A stretch of DNA of 64,000 nucleotides from Anaerolineales bacterium (lineage in GTDB: Bacteria > Chloroflexota > Anaerolineae > Anaerolineales > UBA11579). The stretch spans positions 785,087 through 849,086 of the forward strand of contig JAHCIJ010000002.1 in the NCBI GenBank assembly GCA_026129255.1, read 5' to 3'. Under the pieces are notes generated by a model. It was not told the DNA's origin. It made no database searches and saw only the letters and a list, made by a program, of their open reading frames with translations. Below are positions 11,565 to 20,661 of this stretch, in pieces (position 1 is the first letter of the stretch; the number at the start of each line of letters is the position of its first letter). Position numbers and translations under genes: made by a program.

Positions 11565-12209
11565 ATGGTTGCAAAACATCTTGTGCTGGTGGCTGGCAAC
11601 ATTGGTGCAGGCAAAACATCGCTTGTGCAAAAGCTAGGCGAAAAGCTGGGTTGGCGCACTGGCTTTGAGACCGTGGAAACCAATCCCTACCTGGGCAAAT
11701 TCTACGGCGACATGCGCTCTTGGGCCTTCCACCTGCAGGTCTTTTTGCTGGCGCAGCGCTCACAGTTGCATCTGGAAGCGCACCGTGATCCTAACTCCGC
11801 CATCCTTGACCGCAGCATCTACGAAGACTATTACATCTTCGCTCGTGCGCTGCACTCGCTGGGCAACCTGAGTGCTGAGGACCTGGATACCTACTCGCGG
11901 GTCTACAAGCTGGTGATCACTTCGCTGCCCAAGCCAGACCTGCTCATTATGCTCAAGGCGCCCGTGCCCGCCTTGCTGGAGCGCATCCAGGCCCGCGGCC
12001 GCGAGATGGAAGCGGGCATCACCGCTGAGTACTTGAGCCTGCTGGATGGCTACTACGACGAGTGGCTGCACAGCTTTGACCTGTGCCCGGTGCTCACCAT
12101 CTCATCCGGTGATCTGGACTACGTCAATGACCCAGCGCATCTCGATATTGTCATCAAGACCATCGAAGAGAAGCTCACCGGCCGCGATGAGCTCGTCTTC
12201 GACGAATAG
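11565..12209 (+). CDS. Deoxynucleoside kinase (dNK family)
   Basis: P-loop VAGNIGAGKTSL, plus ETNPYLGKFY, HLQVFLL and DRSIYEDYYIFA. The start is moved to ATG 11565. Confidence 0.85.
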   Translation: MVAKHLVLVAGNIGAGKTSLVQKLGEKLGWRTGFETVETNPYLGKFYGDMRSWAFHLQVFLLAQRSQLHLEAHRDPNSAILDRSIYEDYYIFARALHSLGNLSAEDLDTYSRVYKLVITSLPKPDLLIMLKAPVPALLERIQARGREMEAGITAEYLSLLDGYYDEWLHSFDLCPVLTISSGDLDYVNDPAHLDIVIKTIEEKLTGRDELVFDE

Positions 12210-12242
12210 TAGTTGGGACGCAGCGTACTGCTGTGTCGCCCA

Positions 12243-12290
12243 GATTGCTTCGTCCGTTTGCCGCAAAGCGGCAATACTCCTCGCAATGAC
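12243..12290. repeat. Solitary half-copy of the GATTGCTTCG...CTCGCAATGAC hairpin-element family
   Basis: GATTGCTTCG + inner hairpin GTTTGCCGC-AAA-GCGGCAATAC + CTCGCAATGAC. Confidence 0.6.
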
Positions 12291-12399
12291 GTAGGATGCG
12301 TGCACCCCAAGCGTAGCAAGGTTTCTCGTGTCGCCCTGAGCGCAGCGAAGGGCATCTGCGGAGTTGGTTCATAAATTAGCTGTGCTGGAACTACGTCGC

Positions 12400-13962
12400 C
12401 TACCGATAGTCTTGCAAATACAAGCCCATCTCCGGAATATCCGGCACGTCCTTTGCATAGAGCCAGGCGTCAAAGAACTCCTGCAAGTCTTGCCCGCTCA
12501 CTTCCTGCGCCACTGCCACAAAGTCGGCGGTGACGGCGTTGCTGTCACGGAAGCGCGCATAGTAGGTTTGCAAAATGGCGAAGAACGTCTCGTCGCCCAC
12601 GCGCTCGCGTAACGCGTGCAGCGCCAGCGCACCGCGGTAATACACGCCGAAGTTGAACAGGTCGTCGGCGCCCGGGTGCCCTGGCGGCGCCGCAAACGGG
12701 CCGCTGAGCGCCACCTGTAGGTAATACATGCGGATCTCGTCGTGCAGTGCTTGCTCGCCGTAGGCGTGCTCATTCCACAGTGCGCTCATGTAAGTGGCAA
12801 AGCCTTCGTTTAGCCACAGGTCTTGCCAGCAGTTGAGGCCCACACTGTTGCCAAACCACTGGTGGGCCAGCTCATGCGCCACCACATACTCATCGGTGAA
12901 GCCTGAGCCGAAGACGCTCATCGTCTGCGTTTCCAGCGCAAAGCCAAAATCAATGTCGTGCACGATCACGCCGGTTACCTCAAAGGGGTAGGGGCCAACC
13001 AGCTCGTTGAACAGCGCTATCATTTCGGGTGTACGCCCAAAGTCGTTGCGTGTCTCCTGCGGAATGTCCTGCTCGAAATAATCACGGATGAGTAGCCCGT
13101 TCGGCCCGGTGCTGGTCTCGATGTCGAAGCGGCCAATGCCCACTGTTGCCAGGTAGCTAGCCATCGGAGAGGCTGAGTTCCACACAAAGGTGCGCGTGTC
13201 GCCGTTGTCGATCGTCTCTTGCAGCACGCCATTGGCGGCGGCCATATAAGGCTTGACCACCGTGATGGCGTAGCTGTAGGTCGCCTTATCCGAGGGGTGC
13301 TCATTCAGCGGCATCCAGGTGGAGTTGCCGCTGGGCTCGGCGGCCACATAGGCGCCCTCGCCATCCGGGTACCAGCCCCAGCCCACCTCGAACTCGTTCA
13401 TGCTGCCGAAGTCCATACCCTCGCCCGGCCGCCCGCTGTACTCCACCCATACCTCAAACGCCTCCCCGGCCTCTACGGGTTGGGTGGGCGTGAGGGTGAG
13501 CTCAACCCCGTCACGCGTGTACTCGACTAATTGATCCTGCACCTGTATCCGGTGCACTTGCATCCCGGCCAGCTCCAAGTTGAAGCTGCCCAGTGTTTGT
13601 GTGGCGATCGCGTCGATACGCACGCGGCCATCCAGGTGCTGGCGCGCCATATCCACATCCAACTCCACATGATAGTGCTGCACGTCGTAGCCGCCGTTGC
13701 CAAGGTGCGGATAGTAGGGGTCGCCCAGGCCAGGGTCACCGGCCTCAGCGGTCCCGCCTGCGCCGACCACGGGCGGCCGCAGCAGGCAGGCTTGCAGCGG
13801 CCCGCTGGCTTGGCTACTGCTGCCGCCGAAGTTGCCGCTGCCGCCGCCGCCGTTGGACGTGTTGGCGGTCGGGGTGGGTGTGCTGGGCGGCGGTGCGCCA
13901 AAGCGGCAGGCGATGGCAAGCAGGGTGAGCAGGGGTAGTAAGACAGAAACAGTTTTCTTCAA
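12400..13962 (-). CDS. M1-family zinc aminopeptidase, lipoprotein
   Basis: HELAHQWFG and WLNEGFATY (the HEXXH-E18 gluzincin signature); signal/lipobox LLTLLAIAC. Confidence 0.9.
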   Translation of the reverse strand: MKKTVSVLLPLLTLLAIACRFGAPPPSTPTPTANTSNGGGGSGNFGGSSSQASGPLQACLLRPPVVGAGGTAEAGDPGLGDPYYPHLGNGGYDVQHYHVELDVDMARQHLDGRVRIDAIATQTLGSFNLELAGMQVHRIQVQDQLVEYTRDGVELTLTPTQPVEAGEAFEVWVEYSGRPGEGMDFGSMNEFEVGWGWYPDGEGAYVAAEPSGNSTWMPLNEHPSDKATYSYAITVVKPYMAAANGVLQETIDNGDTRTFVWNSASPMASYLATVGIGRFDIETSTGPNGLLIRDYFEQDIPQETRNDFGRTPEMIALFNELVGPYPFEVTGVIVHDIDFGFALETQTMSVFGSGFTDEYVVAHELAHQWFGNSVGLNCWQDLWLNEGFATYMSALWNEHAYGEQALHDEIRMYYLQVALSGPFAAPPGHPGADDLFNFGVYYRGALALHALRERVGDETFFAILQTYYARFRDSNAVTADFVAVAQEVSGQDLQEFFDAWLYAKDVPDIPEMGLYLQDYR

Positions 13963-13994
13963 GGCATTGACCTCAACGCCAAAGGTATGCGACC

Positions 13995-15617
13995 CTAGTT
14001 TTGGTCTGGAAACTGTTGCGGAGGCAGCGCATCCCAGCGCACATAGGGCGAATCTTTGCGCAGGTAGTAGGGAATTTCGTCAATGTAATACTTTTCGTAA
14101 TTCACCAGGTAGGGCGCGGCTTCCTCGCTGGTTCCGTCCCAAATCTGGGCGACCACGTCCGGCTGTAGTTCGCCGATGGAGTAGGCGTAGTCCCACTTGT
14201 TGTGCCCCGGGCGGTAGCTGCCCGGGCTGAACAGGCTGGCATTGCCGTGAGCCGGCAAGCGGGCGATCACGGGATCCATCTTGCCAAGCAAGTCAATGCT
14301 GGTGCGTTCTGAGAAATAAGGCAGGTTGCCAGCGGTGACGACTGCGATCACAGCTTGCGGCTCAGTGATTTGACCCAGCACCATGCCCATGCCTGCGTAG
14401 CGCTGCGCGCTTTCAGTAAAGATTGGCCGCGCGATCAGCGTCCAACGGTAAAAGCCATTCGGCACGAGCGAAGCGTTGAAGCTCAACAAGCTGATCCCGG
14501 CCCAGGCCGCCAACAGAACGTTTGCCAGCGTAGCTGCCCATACTGGCTTCTTTTTGAGTCCAGTGAGAGCCAAGCCAGCCAGTTGGCCGAGAGTGTGCGC
14601 GTACAGAACAAAGAACAGAGGCATGACTGCTGAGATGAAGCGATTCGCACCGCCGATATGCTCCCAAGCGTCGCCGCCCACATAGACGCTGTAGGCGCCC
14701 TGGGCCAGGCCGGCAGCGTATAGTGGCCATAGCGTCTTCGAGCGGTCGAGGAACAGCGGCAAGAGCAGAGGCAAGGCGAACAATGCCCAGTTACCCAGCC
14801 AGATGAAATCCACCAGGCGGCGCAGGCCGATACTGATGCGCAGCACAGTGGAACCCGACCCAAGCTTGAGGTAATACGTGTTTGGCAGCAGCTCGCCGTA
14901 ATAGACATAGCGCCACGCGGTGAGCGCTAACAGCACGCCAAACACGGATAGCGCCCCGCCGAGCAAGTGCTTGCGCCGGTTGGCCGGGTCTATCCAGGCG
15001 AAAGCCGCGGTGGCCGCCAAGGCAGGCGCGACTGAATCCATCCGCAGCACCACCAGCAGGCCGAATAGCACATACATCCACGGCTGGAAGCGGTCGCGCT
15101 GCAGCCCGCGCAGGCCAAGTAGCAGCGCGCTGCTGAGCAGCACGGCCTGGAAACCAACTTCCATGCCTTGGATTGCCCAGTTGTTGAGAGAGTAATAGAA
15201 ACCAGTCAGGAAGATCGCCGTCAGTGGCACGATGCGGTTCTTGGAAAAATGCTCCGCCAAGCCCTTCACCATGAACAGGTTGATGAATAGGCAGGCCAAG
15301 CTGATCAGCTTGACGTAAAAGCTGGTCTCGGTAAGTTGGAGGGGAAAGAGATGCACAACGGCCATCACCAGCACCCATAGCGGGTTGCTGTAGCCTTCGA
15401 TGCGCTCACCGCCCACGTTCCACACCAGACCGTCGCCATGGGCGAAGTTCTTGGCGTACTGCATCGAGATCATCGCGTCGTCGAACAGAGCGTGCATGGG
15501 CTCGCCCTGCACGATGATCTGAGTGCGTTGCAAGAATGCCCACATGTACGCCAGACAGGCGGCAAGCACCAGCCCGACGCCGATGTGATACCAGGATAGG
15601 CGTTTCAAGGTGGGCAT
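13995..15617 (-). CDS. Large polytopic membrane protein, probably a GT-C fold (ArnT/PMT-like) glycosyltransferase
   Basis: 540 aa with more than 10 TM segments. The N-terminal loop FDDAMISMQYAKNFAHGDGLVWN resembles the GT-C acidic loop. Confidence 0.5.
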   Translation of the reverse strand: MPTLKRLSWYHIGVGLVLAACLAYMWAFLQRTQIIVQGEPMHALFDDAMISMQYAKNFAHGDGLVWNVGGERIEGYSNPLWVLVMAVVHLFPLQLTETSFYVKLISLACLFINLFMVKGLAEHFSKNRIVPLTAIFLTGFYYSLNNWAIQGMEVGFQAVLLSSALLLGLRGLQRDRFQPWMYVLFGLLVVLRMDSVAPALAATAAFAWIDPANRRKHLLGGALSVFGVLLALTAWRYVYYGELLPNTYYLKLGSGSTVLRISIGLRRLVDFIWLGNWALFALPLLLPLFLDRSKTLWPLYAAGLAQGAYSVYVGGDAWEHIGGANRFISAVMPLFFVLYAHTLGQLAGLALTGLKKKPVWAATLANVLLAAWAGISLLSFNASLVPNGFYRWTLIARPIFTESAQRYAGMGMVLGQITEPQAVIAVVTAGNLPYFSERTSIDLLGKMDPVIARLPAHGNASLFSPGSYRPGHNKWDYAYSIGELQPDVVAQIWDGTSEEAAPYLVNYEKYYIDEIPYYLRKDSPYVRWDALPPQQFPDQN

Positions 15618-15659
15618 TATGGGCAGTATAAACGAAAGCGGGCGCCGCCCTGGGTGTGT

Positions 15660-18600
15660 CTAGCGCACCAGCATGCGGCTCACCACCGTGGCTTCGGTGG
15701 GGGTGGCGCCGGCAATCTCCTTGCCTGCCATGCCCTGGTACACCAAAATCTTGGTGCCCTCTTTGCTGTGCTTCTTGTTGACCAGCGCCTGGCCGGTCAG
15801 CGTGCCCTCGCTATCTAGCGAGCAGCTGGTCACCTCGCCGATGCGCTTGCCATCCGCGTCGGTTAGCGGGTCGCCCTGGTGGGCGATGCGCACGCCCTGC
15901 GGCAGCCGGAAGCGCACCACTTCGCGCTTGCGCTCCTCCTCCTGCGCCAGGAAGGCGCCGCGGCCAACGAACCACGGCTTGGCCGTTTTGACGAAGGCGC
16001 GGAAGCCGGAGTGGCCGATGCCGAGGTTGAGCGGACCAGCCAACTCGTGGCCGTACAGCGGCAAACCGGCTTCGATACGCAACGAGTCGCGCGCCGCCAG
16101 GCCGCACGGCTTGAGCCCGTGCTTCTCGCCTGCGGCCATCAACGCGTTCCACAATGCCACGGCTTGGTCAGGATGCACGAACAGCTCGAACGACACCGGC
16201 TCGCCGGTGTAGCCCGTGCGCGAGAGGATCAGGTCGAAGCCGCCGAGCTTCACCTTGGCGACACCGAAGCGCTTGAGCTTGCGGATGATCTGTTTGTCGG
16301 TTGCGTTGGCTTCGAGACCCAGCAACACTTTACGAGACTTCGGCCCTTGCAGAGCGATGTCTACGCGCTGCTCCTTGCCGCTGCTGGCGGTGCGCAGGTT
16401 GCGCAGCCGTGCGCCGCGGCCGAAGGCCAGCGCACCGGGCTGCTGGCGGTCTACGCACACCGCACCGGCTTGCACAGCGGTGAGCCAGGCCCAGTTCTTG
16501 TCATCATTGGCGGCGTTCACCACCACCAGGTAGTGCTTGCTGGCCATACGATACACCAGCAGGTCGTCCAGTACATTGGCGTCCGCATCCATGAAGTGCG
16601 TATAGATGGACATGCCCACCGGTAGGCTGGTGATGTCGTTGCTGCACACCGAGTCGAGGAAGGCGACGGCCTGTGGGCCGCTGACATCGTACACACCCAT
16701 GTGAGTGACATCGAACAGGCCGGCGGCGGTGCGTACGGCGGCATGCTCCTCGCGCACGGAGCTGTAGCGCAGCGGCATATCCCAGCCCGCAAACGGAACC
16801 ATCTTGGCGCCCAGCGCTATATGCGTGTCGTAGAGCGCAGTGCGCTTGATGGCCGCCTCGCTAGGCTCGTGCCAGTCGAAGACTGGCAGCGCCTTGGCGC
16901 CGGATTTGCCGATGCCATAGTAGAACGCCTTGTCTGCGGCAACGGCTTTGCCCGTTGGCGCGGCGACCTTGAGCTTGGACTCGCGCACGATGACCGGCCC
17001 CGGCGCCTTGCGCTGCGGGTCTGCCGGGTCAATGGAAACGTAGCCGTCTGAGAGGGCGCGCAGCCAGGTGGCCGCCAGCCCGAACTGGGCGCGCTTCACG
17101 CCCAGCAGGTAGCCGCCCTTGGGCAGCGCTTTGATGCTGCCGTGCACGTCACCCTTCGGCGTGTGCATAACAAAGCCTGCGCCTTTGCTCAGCTTCTCAC
17201 TATCGCTTGCGATGGCCATATTCAGTAGGGCAGTGGCTTGTTCGCCGTGCACCTCAATACCCACCCAGGCACCTTTGGCCGTGGGTTTGTCATCTATATA
17301 GTAGAAGTGCGGATAGCCACTCGAGGAGGGCTTGAAATCAATGCCCGCCTTCTCCGCCAGGGCGCGGGTGCGTAGCTTGGCATCCTCCAGCACGGCAAAG
17401 TCCACCTTGGCGCGCTGGCTCAGGCTGGTCTCGCTGCGGTCACGGTAGGGCACGCAGGCCAGCAGCACATCGGCGATAATGTCGGCCAGTTGGCGGCTCT
17501 CCTTCTCCTTGAAGCCGCGCTGCGTGATCCACGGTGTGCCCAGGCGCAGCCCCGAAGGGTTCATGGCGCCACGGTCGCCGGGGATGGTGTTGCGGTTGAC
17601 CACGATGCCAGCCACATCCAAAATGCGCGCCGCCATATCGCCGGAGAGGGTGGTGCCATCCGGCCCAACCACCACTTTGCAATCCACGTTGGTGAGGTGG
17701 CTCTGCGTGCCGCCGAAGGGAATGCGGAAGCCGCGCTTTTGTAACTGCTCGGTCAACGCTACCGCGTTCTTGACCACCTGGGCTTGCAGCTGTTTGAACT
17801 CTTTGCTCTGGGCGATCTTGAAGGCCAGCGCCAGCCCGCCGAACACGTTGACATGCGGGCCGCCTTGCTCACCGGGAAACACGGCGCGGTCGATCTGCTC
17901 GGCCAGCTTCTTATCTGTGGTGAGGATGATGGCGCCACGCGGGCCATTGAGCGTCTTGTGCGTAGTGGAGGTGATGACGTGCGCATAGCCCATTGGGGAG
18001 GGGTAGGCGCCGGCGGCCACCAAGCCAGCCACGTGGGCGATGTCGGTCAGCAGGTACGCGCCCACCGAGTCGGCAATTTGGCGCAGGCGCGCCCAATCGG
18101 CCGGCCAGGGGTAGGAGGAGAAGCCGCCGATGATCATCTTGGGCTTGTGCTCCTTGGCCAGCGCTTCTACCTGGTCATAGTCAATGCGCTCAGTGTCTGG
18201 GTCCACCGAGTAGTGCACGATGTTGTAATACTTGCCGGAGCGGTTGACCGGCGCACCGTGTGAAAGGTGGCCGCCGTGCAGCAAATTCATGCCCATCACC
18301 GTGTCGCCCGGCTGCACCAGCGCGTGATACACGGCGTTGTTGGCCGGGCCGCCGGAGAGCGCCTGGATGTTGACGTAGATCTGGTCCGCCGTGACGCCGT
18401 TGGCGGCAAAGGCTTCGGCACAGCGGCGGCGCGCCAGCGCCTCCACCGTATCGGCATACTCCACACCCTTATAGTAGCGCGGGTCTGAGTTGCGGCGGTA
18501 GTGTGCCAGGCGCGCCTCATGGTCGAGCAGCTCGTCTTCGCTCATCCAGCGGCTGGCTTCGTCGGGGTAGCCCTCGGCATACAGGTTGCCAAAGGCGGAG

Positions 18601-18776
18601 GAGAGCGCCTCGCGCACTGCCAGCGGGGCGCTGCTCTCGCTGGCGATCAGGATCAGCTTGCGGTACTGGCGCTCGGCTTCGAGCTGGTTCAGCTCATAGA
18701 CGGCGGGGTCCAGCTGGGCCAGCGTGCCGCGGAAGAGGAAGTCTTGGGGTTTGGTTTTAGTCTTTTTTGGGGGCAT
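15660..18776 (-). CDS. Fusion protein: serine hydroxymethyltransferase (N-terminal) + ~170-aa linker domain + glycine-cleavage aminomethyltransferase GcvT-like (C-terminal)
   Basis: SHMT motifs (LIASESSAP, GGHLSHG, TSTTHKTLNGPRG) in aa ~30-470. GcvT motifs (TALYDTHIALGAKMVPFAGWDMPLRY, GLFDVTHMG, SRTGYTGE) in aa ~645-1038. The ORF is a single uninterrupted 1038 codons. Confidence 0.9.
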   Translation of the reverse strand: MPPKKTKTKPQDFLFRGTLAQLDPAVYELNQLEAERQYRKLILIASESSAPLAVREALSSAFGNLYAEGYPDEASRWMSEDELLDHEARLAHYRRNSDPRYYKGVEYADTVEALARRRCAEAFAANGVTADQIYVNIQALSGGPANNAVYHALVQPGDTVMGMNLLHGGHLSHGAPVNRSGKYYNIVHYSVDPDTERIDYDQVEALAKEHKPKMIIGGFSSYPWPADWARLRQIADSVGAYLLTDIAHVAGLVAAGAYPSPMGYAHVITSTTHKTLNGPRGAIILTTDKKLAEQIDRAVFPGEQGGPHVNVFGGLALAFKIAQSKEFKQLQAQVVKNAVALTEQLQKRGFRIPFGGTQSHLTNVDCKVVVGPDGTTLSGDMAARILDVAGIVVNRNTIPGDRGAMNPSGLRLGTPWITQRGFKEKESRQLADIIADVLLACVPYRDRSETSLSQRAKVDFAVLEDAKLRTRALAEKAGIDFKPSSSGYPHFYYIDDKPTAKGAWVGIEVHGEQATALLNMAIASDSEKLSKGAGFVMHTPKGDVHGSIKALPKGGYLLGVKRAQFGLAATWLRALSDGYVSIDPADPQRKAPGPVIVRESKLKVAAPTGKAVAADKAFYYGIGKSGAKALPVFDWHEPSEAAIKRTALYDTHIALGAKMVPFAGWDMPLRYSSVREEHAAVRTAAGLFDVTHMGVYDVSGPQAVAFLDSVCSNDITSLPVGMSIYTHFMDADANVLDDLLVYRMASKHYLVVVNAANDDKNWAWLTAVQAGAVCVDRQQPGALAFGRGARLRNLRTASSGKEQRVDIALQGPKSRKVLLGLEANATDKQIIRKLKRFGVAKVKLGGFDLILSRTGYTGEPVSFELFVHPDQAVALWNALMAAGEKHGLKPCGLAARDSLRIEAGLPLYGHELAGPLNLGIGHSGFRAFVKTAKPWFVGRGAFLAQEEERKREVVRFRLPQGVRIAHQGDPLTDADGKRIGEVTSCSLDSEGTLTGQALVNKKHSKEGTKILVYQGMAGKEIAGATPTEATVVSRMLVR

Positions 18777-18808
18777 GGCAGGTGAATTGTAATGCAGGGT
18801 TGTAAATC

Positions 18809-18927
18809 GAGATTTGAGATTGGAGAGTATCTTTGCAATCTGAAATCTGAAATCTGAAATCTGAAATCCCCAATCCCCAATCTCTAATCCCTTGACCTAC
18901 CATTTACCAATTACCAATTACTATTAA
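18809..18927. repeat. Heptanucleotide tandem array (STRR-like) in a divergent promoter region
   Basis: Strict 7-nt register from 18837 to 18927: (AATCTGA)x4, (AATCCCC)x2, AATCTCT, AATCCCT, TGACCTA, CCATTTA, (CCAATTA)x2, CTATTAA. It is preceded by inverted GAGATTT GAGATTG units. Confidence 0.9.
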
Positions 18928-18954
18928 CTTGATCATTTATAGAAGGAGTCTTCC

Positions 18955-19416
18955 ATGGTCAGCAGCAAAGCAACTACTGTAGCCGAATATCTTAAAGAAT
19001 TGCCAGAAGACCGGCGTAAGGCCCTCAATGCCGTGCGTAAGGTCATTCGCGAGAATCTGCCCAAGGGTTTTGAAGAGGGAATGACGTTTGGGATGATCAC
19101 CTATTACATTCCGCTCAAGGATTTCCCGGAGACTTATAACGGCCAGCCGTTGGGCACAGCCGCCTTGGCCTCTCAGAAAAACTACATGGCTGTTTACCTG
19201 AACAACATCTACAGCGAACCTGCCACCACGAAGTGGTTCATGGAACGCTATAAAGCCACGGGCAAGCGGATGGATATAGGCAAATCCTGTGTGCGATTCA
19301 GGAAACTGGAAGACTTGCCGTTGGAGCTGATTGGGGAGGCCGTGGCGATGACTTCCAAGGAGGAGCTGATCAAGCTGTACGAAGACGCTCGCAAATCCTC
19401 CAGGCGGAAGAAGTAG
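18955..19416 (+). CDS. DUF1801 (YdhG-like) domain protein
   Basis: 153 aa; TVAEYLKELPEDRRKALNAVRKVIRENLP... is typical of the family; RBS GAAGGAG. Confidence 0.7.
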   Translation: MVSSKATTVAEYLKELPEDRRKALNAVRKVIRENLPKGFEEGMTFGMITYYIPLKDFPETYNGQPLGTAALASQKNYMAVYLNNIYSEPATTKWFMERYKATGKRMDIGKSCVRFRKLEDLPLELIGEAVAMTSKEELIKLYEDARKSSRRKK

Positions 19417-19797
19417 GGGAGCGCGTATCCGTTACGTTGCAGGGTGTGTAGGCCTCAAGCCAATTTGGCTGGATGCACTGATATCTGAGGGCTAAAGGCT
19501 AACTACTATTTAAAGAGAAAACGTCGGAGCAATCAGGGCTTTGGTCTTTGCCTAACCAGTTCGCCTCTGGCCGGGCACCTTCGACCTTGCCTACCAGCTT
19601 CGCCATTTCCGGTGACCACACTGGCCACTCTGTCAATCGGCTCTCGGCCTTTTCGGCCGTCCCACCGCCGCTCGTGTTCGGCGATCTCGCTGGAAACTGC
19701 TCCGACGTTTCTTTCAACATCAGGATACGCCAAGCCGGCCTATAGGCCATGGGTCTAATGTCACCGCTGTACGGGCAGTTTGTCCCGGCCAGCGGAG

Positions 19798-20010
19798 TTA
19801 TTCGTCTTTGAGGGGGCGTTTGAGCACTACCGAGAATTCGCCGCTCAGGGCGCCAGAGCGGGTCACCAGTTGCCAGCCGTCGGCGATCATGCCCTTTACA
19901 TACTCGTACGGGTCAGGGTTCTGCGGCTCGGCCGGCGGCAGCAACTCGCCATCCACCAGCTCAACCTCGCCGTGAGTGATCTTCAGTTCGAGGTATTCCC
20001 ATTTCTGCAT
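19798..20010 (-). CDS. Small DUF4177-like protein
   Basis: 70 aa; MQKWEYLELK...GWQLVT pattern. Confidence 0.55.
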   Translation of the reverse strand: MQKWEYLELKITHGEVELVDGELLPPAEPQNPDPYEYVKGMIADGWQLVTRSGALSGEFSVVLKRPLKDE

Positions 20011-20067
20011 GGCAACTCACTATTGATTATACGATGCATGCCCCGCCACCGAAAGTTGCATGGCAGG

Positions 20068-20484
20068 CTATTTTAGGTGGTAGGTGAGGGCGGAGCGGAT
20101 GAATTCACTTATCTTCTCGTGCGGTACCTGGTCGGTTTCAGAGAAGATGATGGCGCGGTTCTTGTCGTACGAAAACGCATCCCCATGCTTCTGGCGGAAG
20201 TTGTCTACGAGCGGCGTTTGGCAATGAGTGAAGATGGCAAAATGCCCTGGCTGCTTCTTGAGCTGATCAATACGGATGGTGGTGCCGCTACCCGTTTGGG
20301 AAGTGAGATAGCTGGGCTGCCCCCACTTGAGCGTCTCTTCGATCGGGCCGACGTCTGCAGTGCTCCCGGCAACCTCAAAGATCAGCTGGCGCAGGCCCAG
20401 CAGCTGTTGGCGCAGGGCCTCAGGGTAGCCAGCAAAGATCTCGGCAACTTGCGGGTGAGAAAACGGTCGGTCTGCGTTACCCAT
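20068..20484 (-). CDS. DUF1801 domain protein (second paralogue)
   Basis: 138 aa; EIFAGYPEALRQQLLGLRQLI...EETLKWGQPSY. Confidence 0.65.
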   Translation of the reverse strand: MGNADRPFSHPQVAEIFAGYPEALRQQLLGLRQLIFEVAGSTADVGPIEETLKWGQPSYLTSQTGSGTTIRIDQLKKQPGHFAIFTHCQTPLVDNFRQKHGDAFSYDKNRAIIFSETDQVPHEKISEFIRSALTYHLK

Positions 20485-20513
20485 ATTCTGTAACAGCCTG
20501 GAGAAAAAACGAG

Positions 20514-20587
20514 TGGGCGAGATAGGACTCGAACCTACGACATCTTCCTTGTAAGGGAAGCGCTCTAACCAACTGAGCTACTCGCCC
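20514..20587 (-). tRNA. tRNA-Val (anticodon TAC); CCA not encoded
   Basis: The reverse complement GGGCGAGTAGCTCAGTTGGTTAGAGCGCTTCCCTTACAAGGAAGATGTCGTAGGTTCGAGTCCTATCTCGCCCA folds as a cloverleaf. Anticodon loop is CT-TAC-AA and the T-loop is GGTTCGAGTCC. Confidence 0.9.
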
Positions 20588-20661
20588 GGGGGATTCATAC
20601 TTGCAATCCGGGTTGCAGAATCAATGATGTCTGCAAAAAACTTTGTGCTATAGTCTGCCTT

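Noticed and set aside
18777-18954. Looked for a glycine or THF riboswitch in the 5' region of the SHMT-GcvT gene, and for a cobalamin riboswitch upstream of nrdJ (5255-5309)
   Set aside because: The first region is entirely occupied by heptamer repeats. The second is only about 55 nt. Neither shows the conserved cores I know for these riboswitches.
19499-19750. 83-aa minus-strand ORF in the 380-bp gap between the DUF1801 and DUF4177 genes
   Set aside because: It has no recognisable motif or RBS, and overlapping alternative ORFs of similar length exist. It may be a gene remnant, but I cannot support a call.
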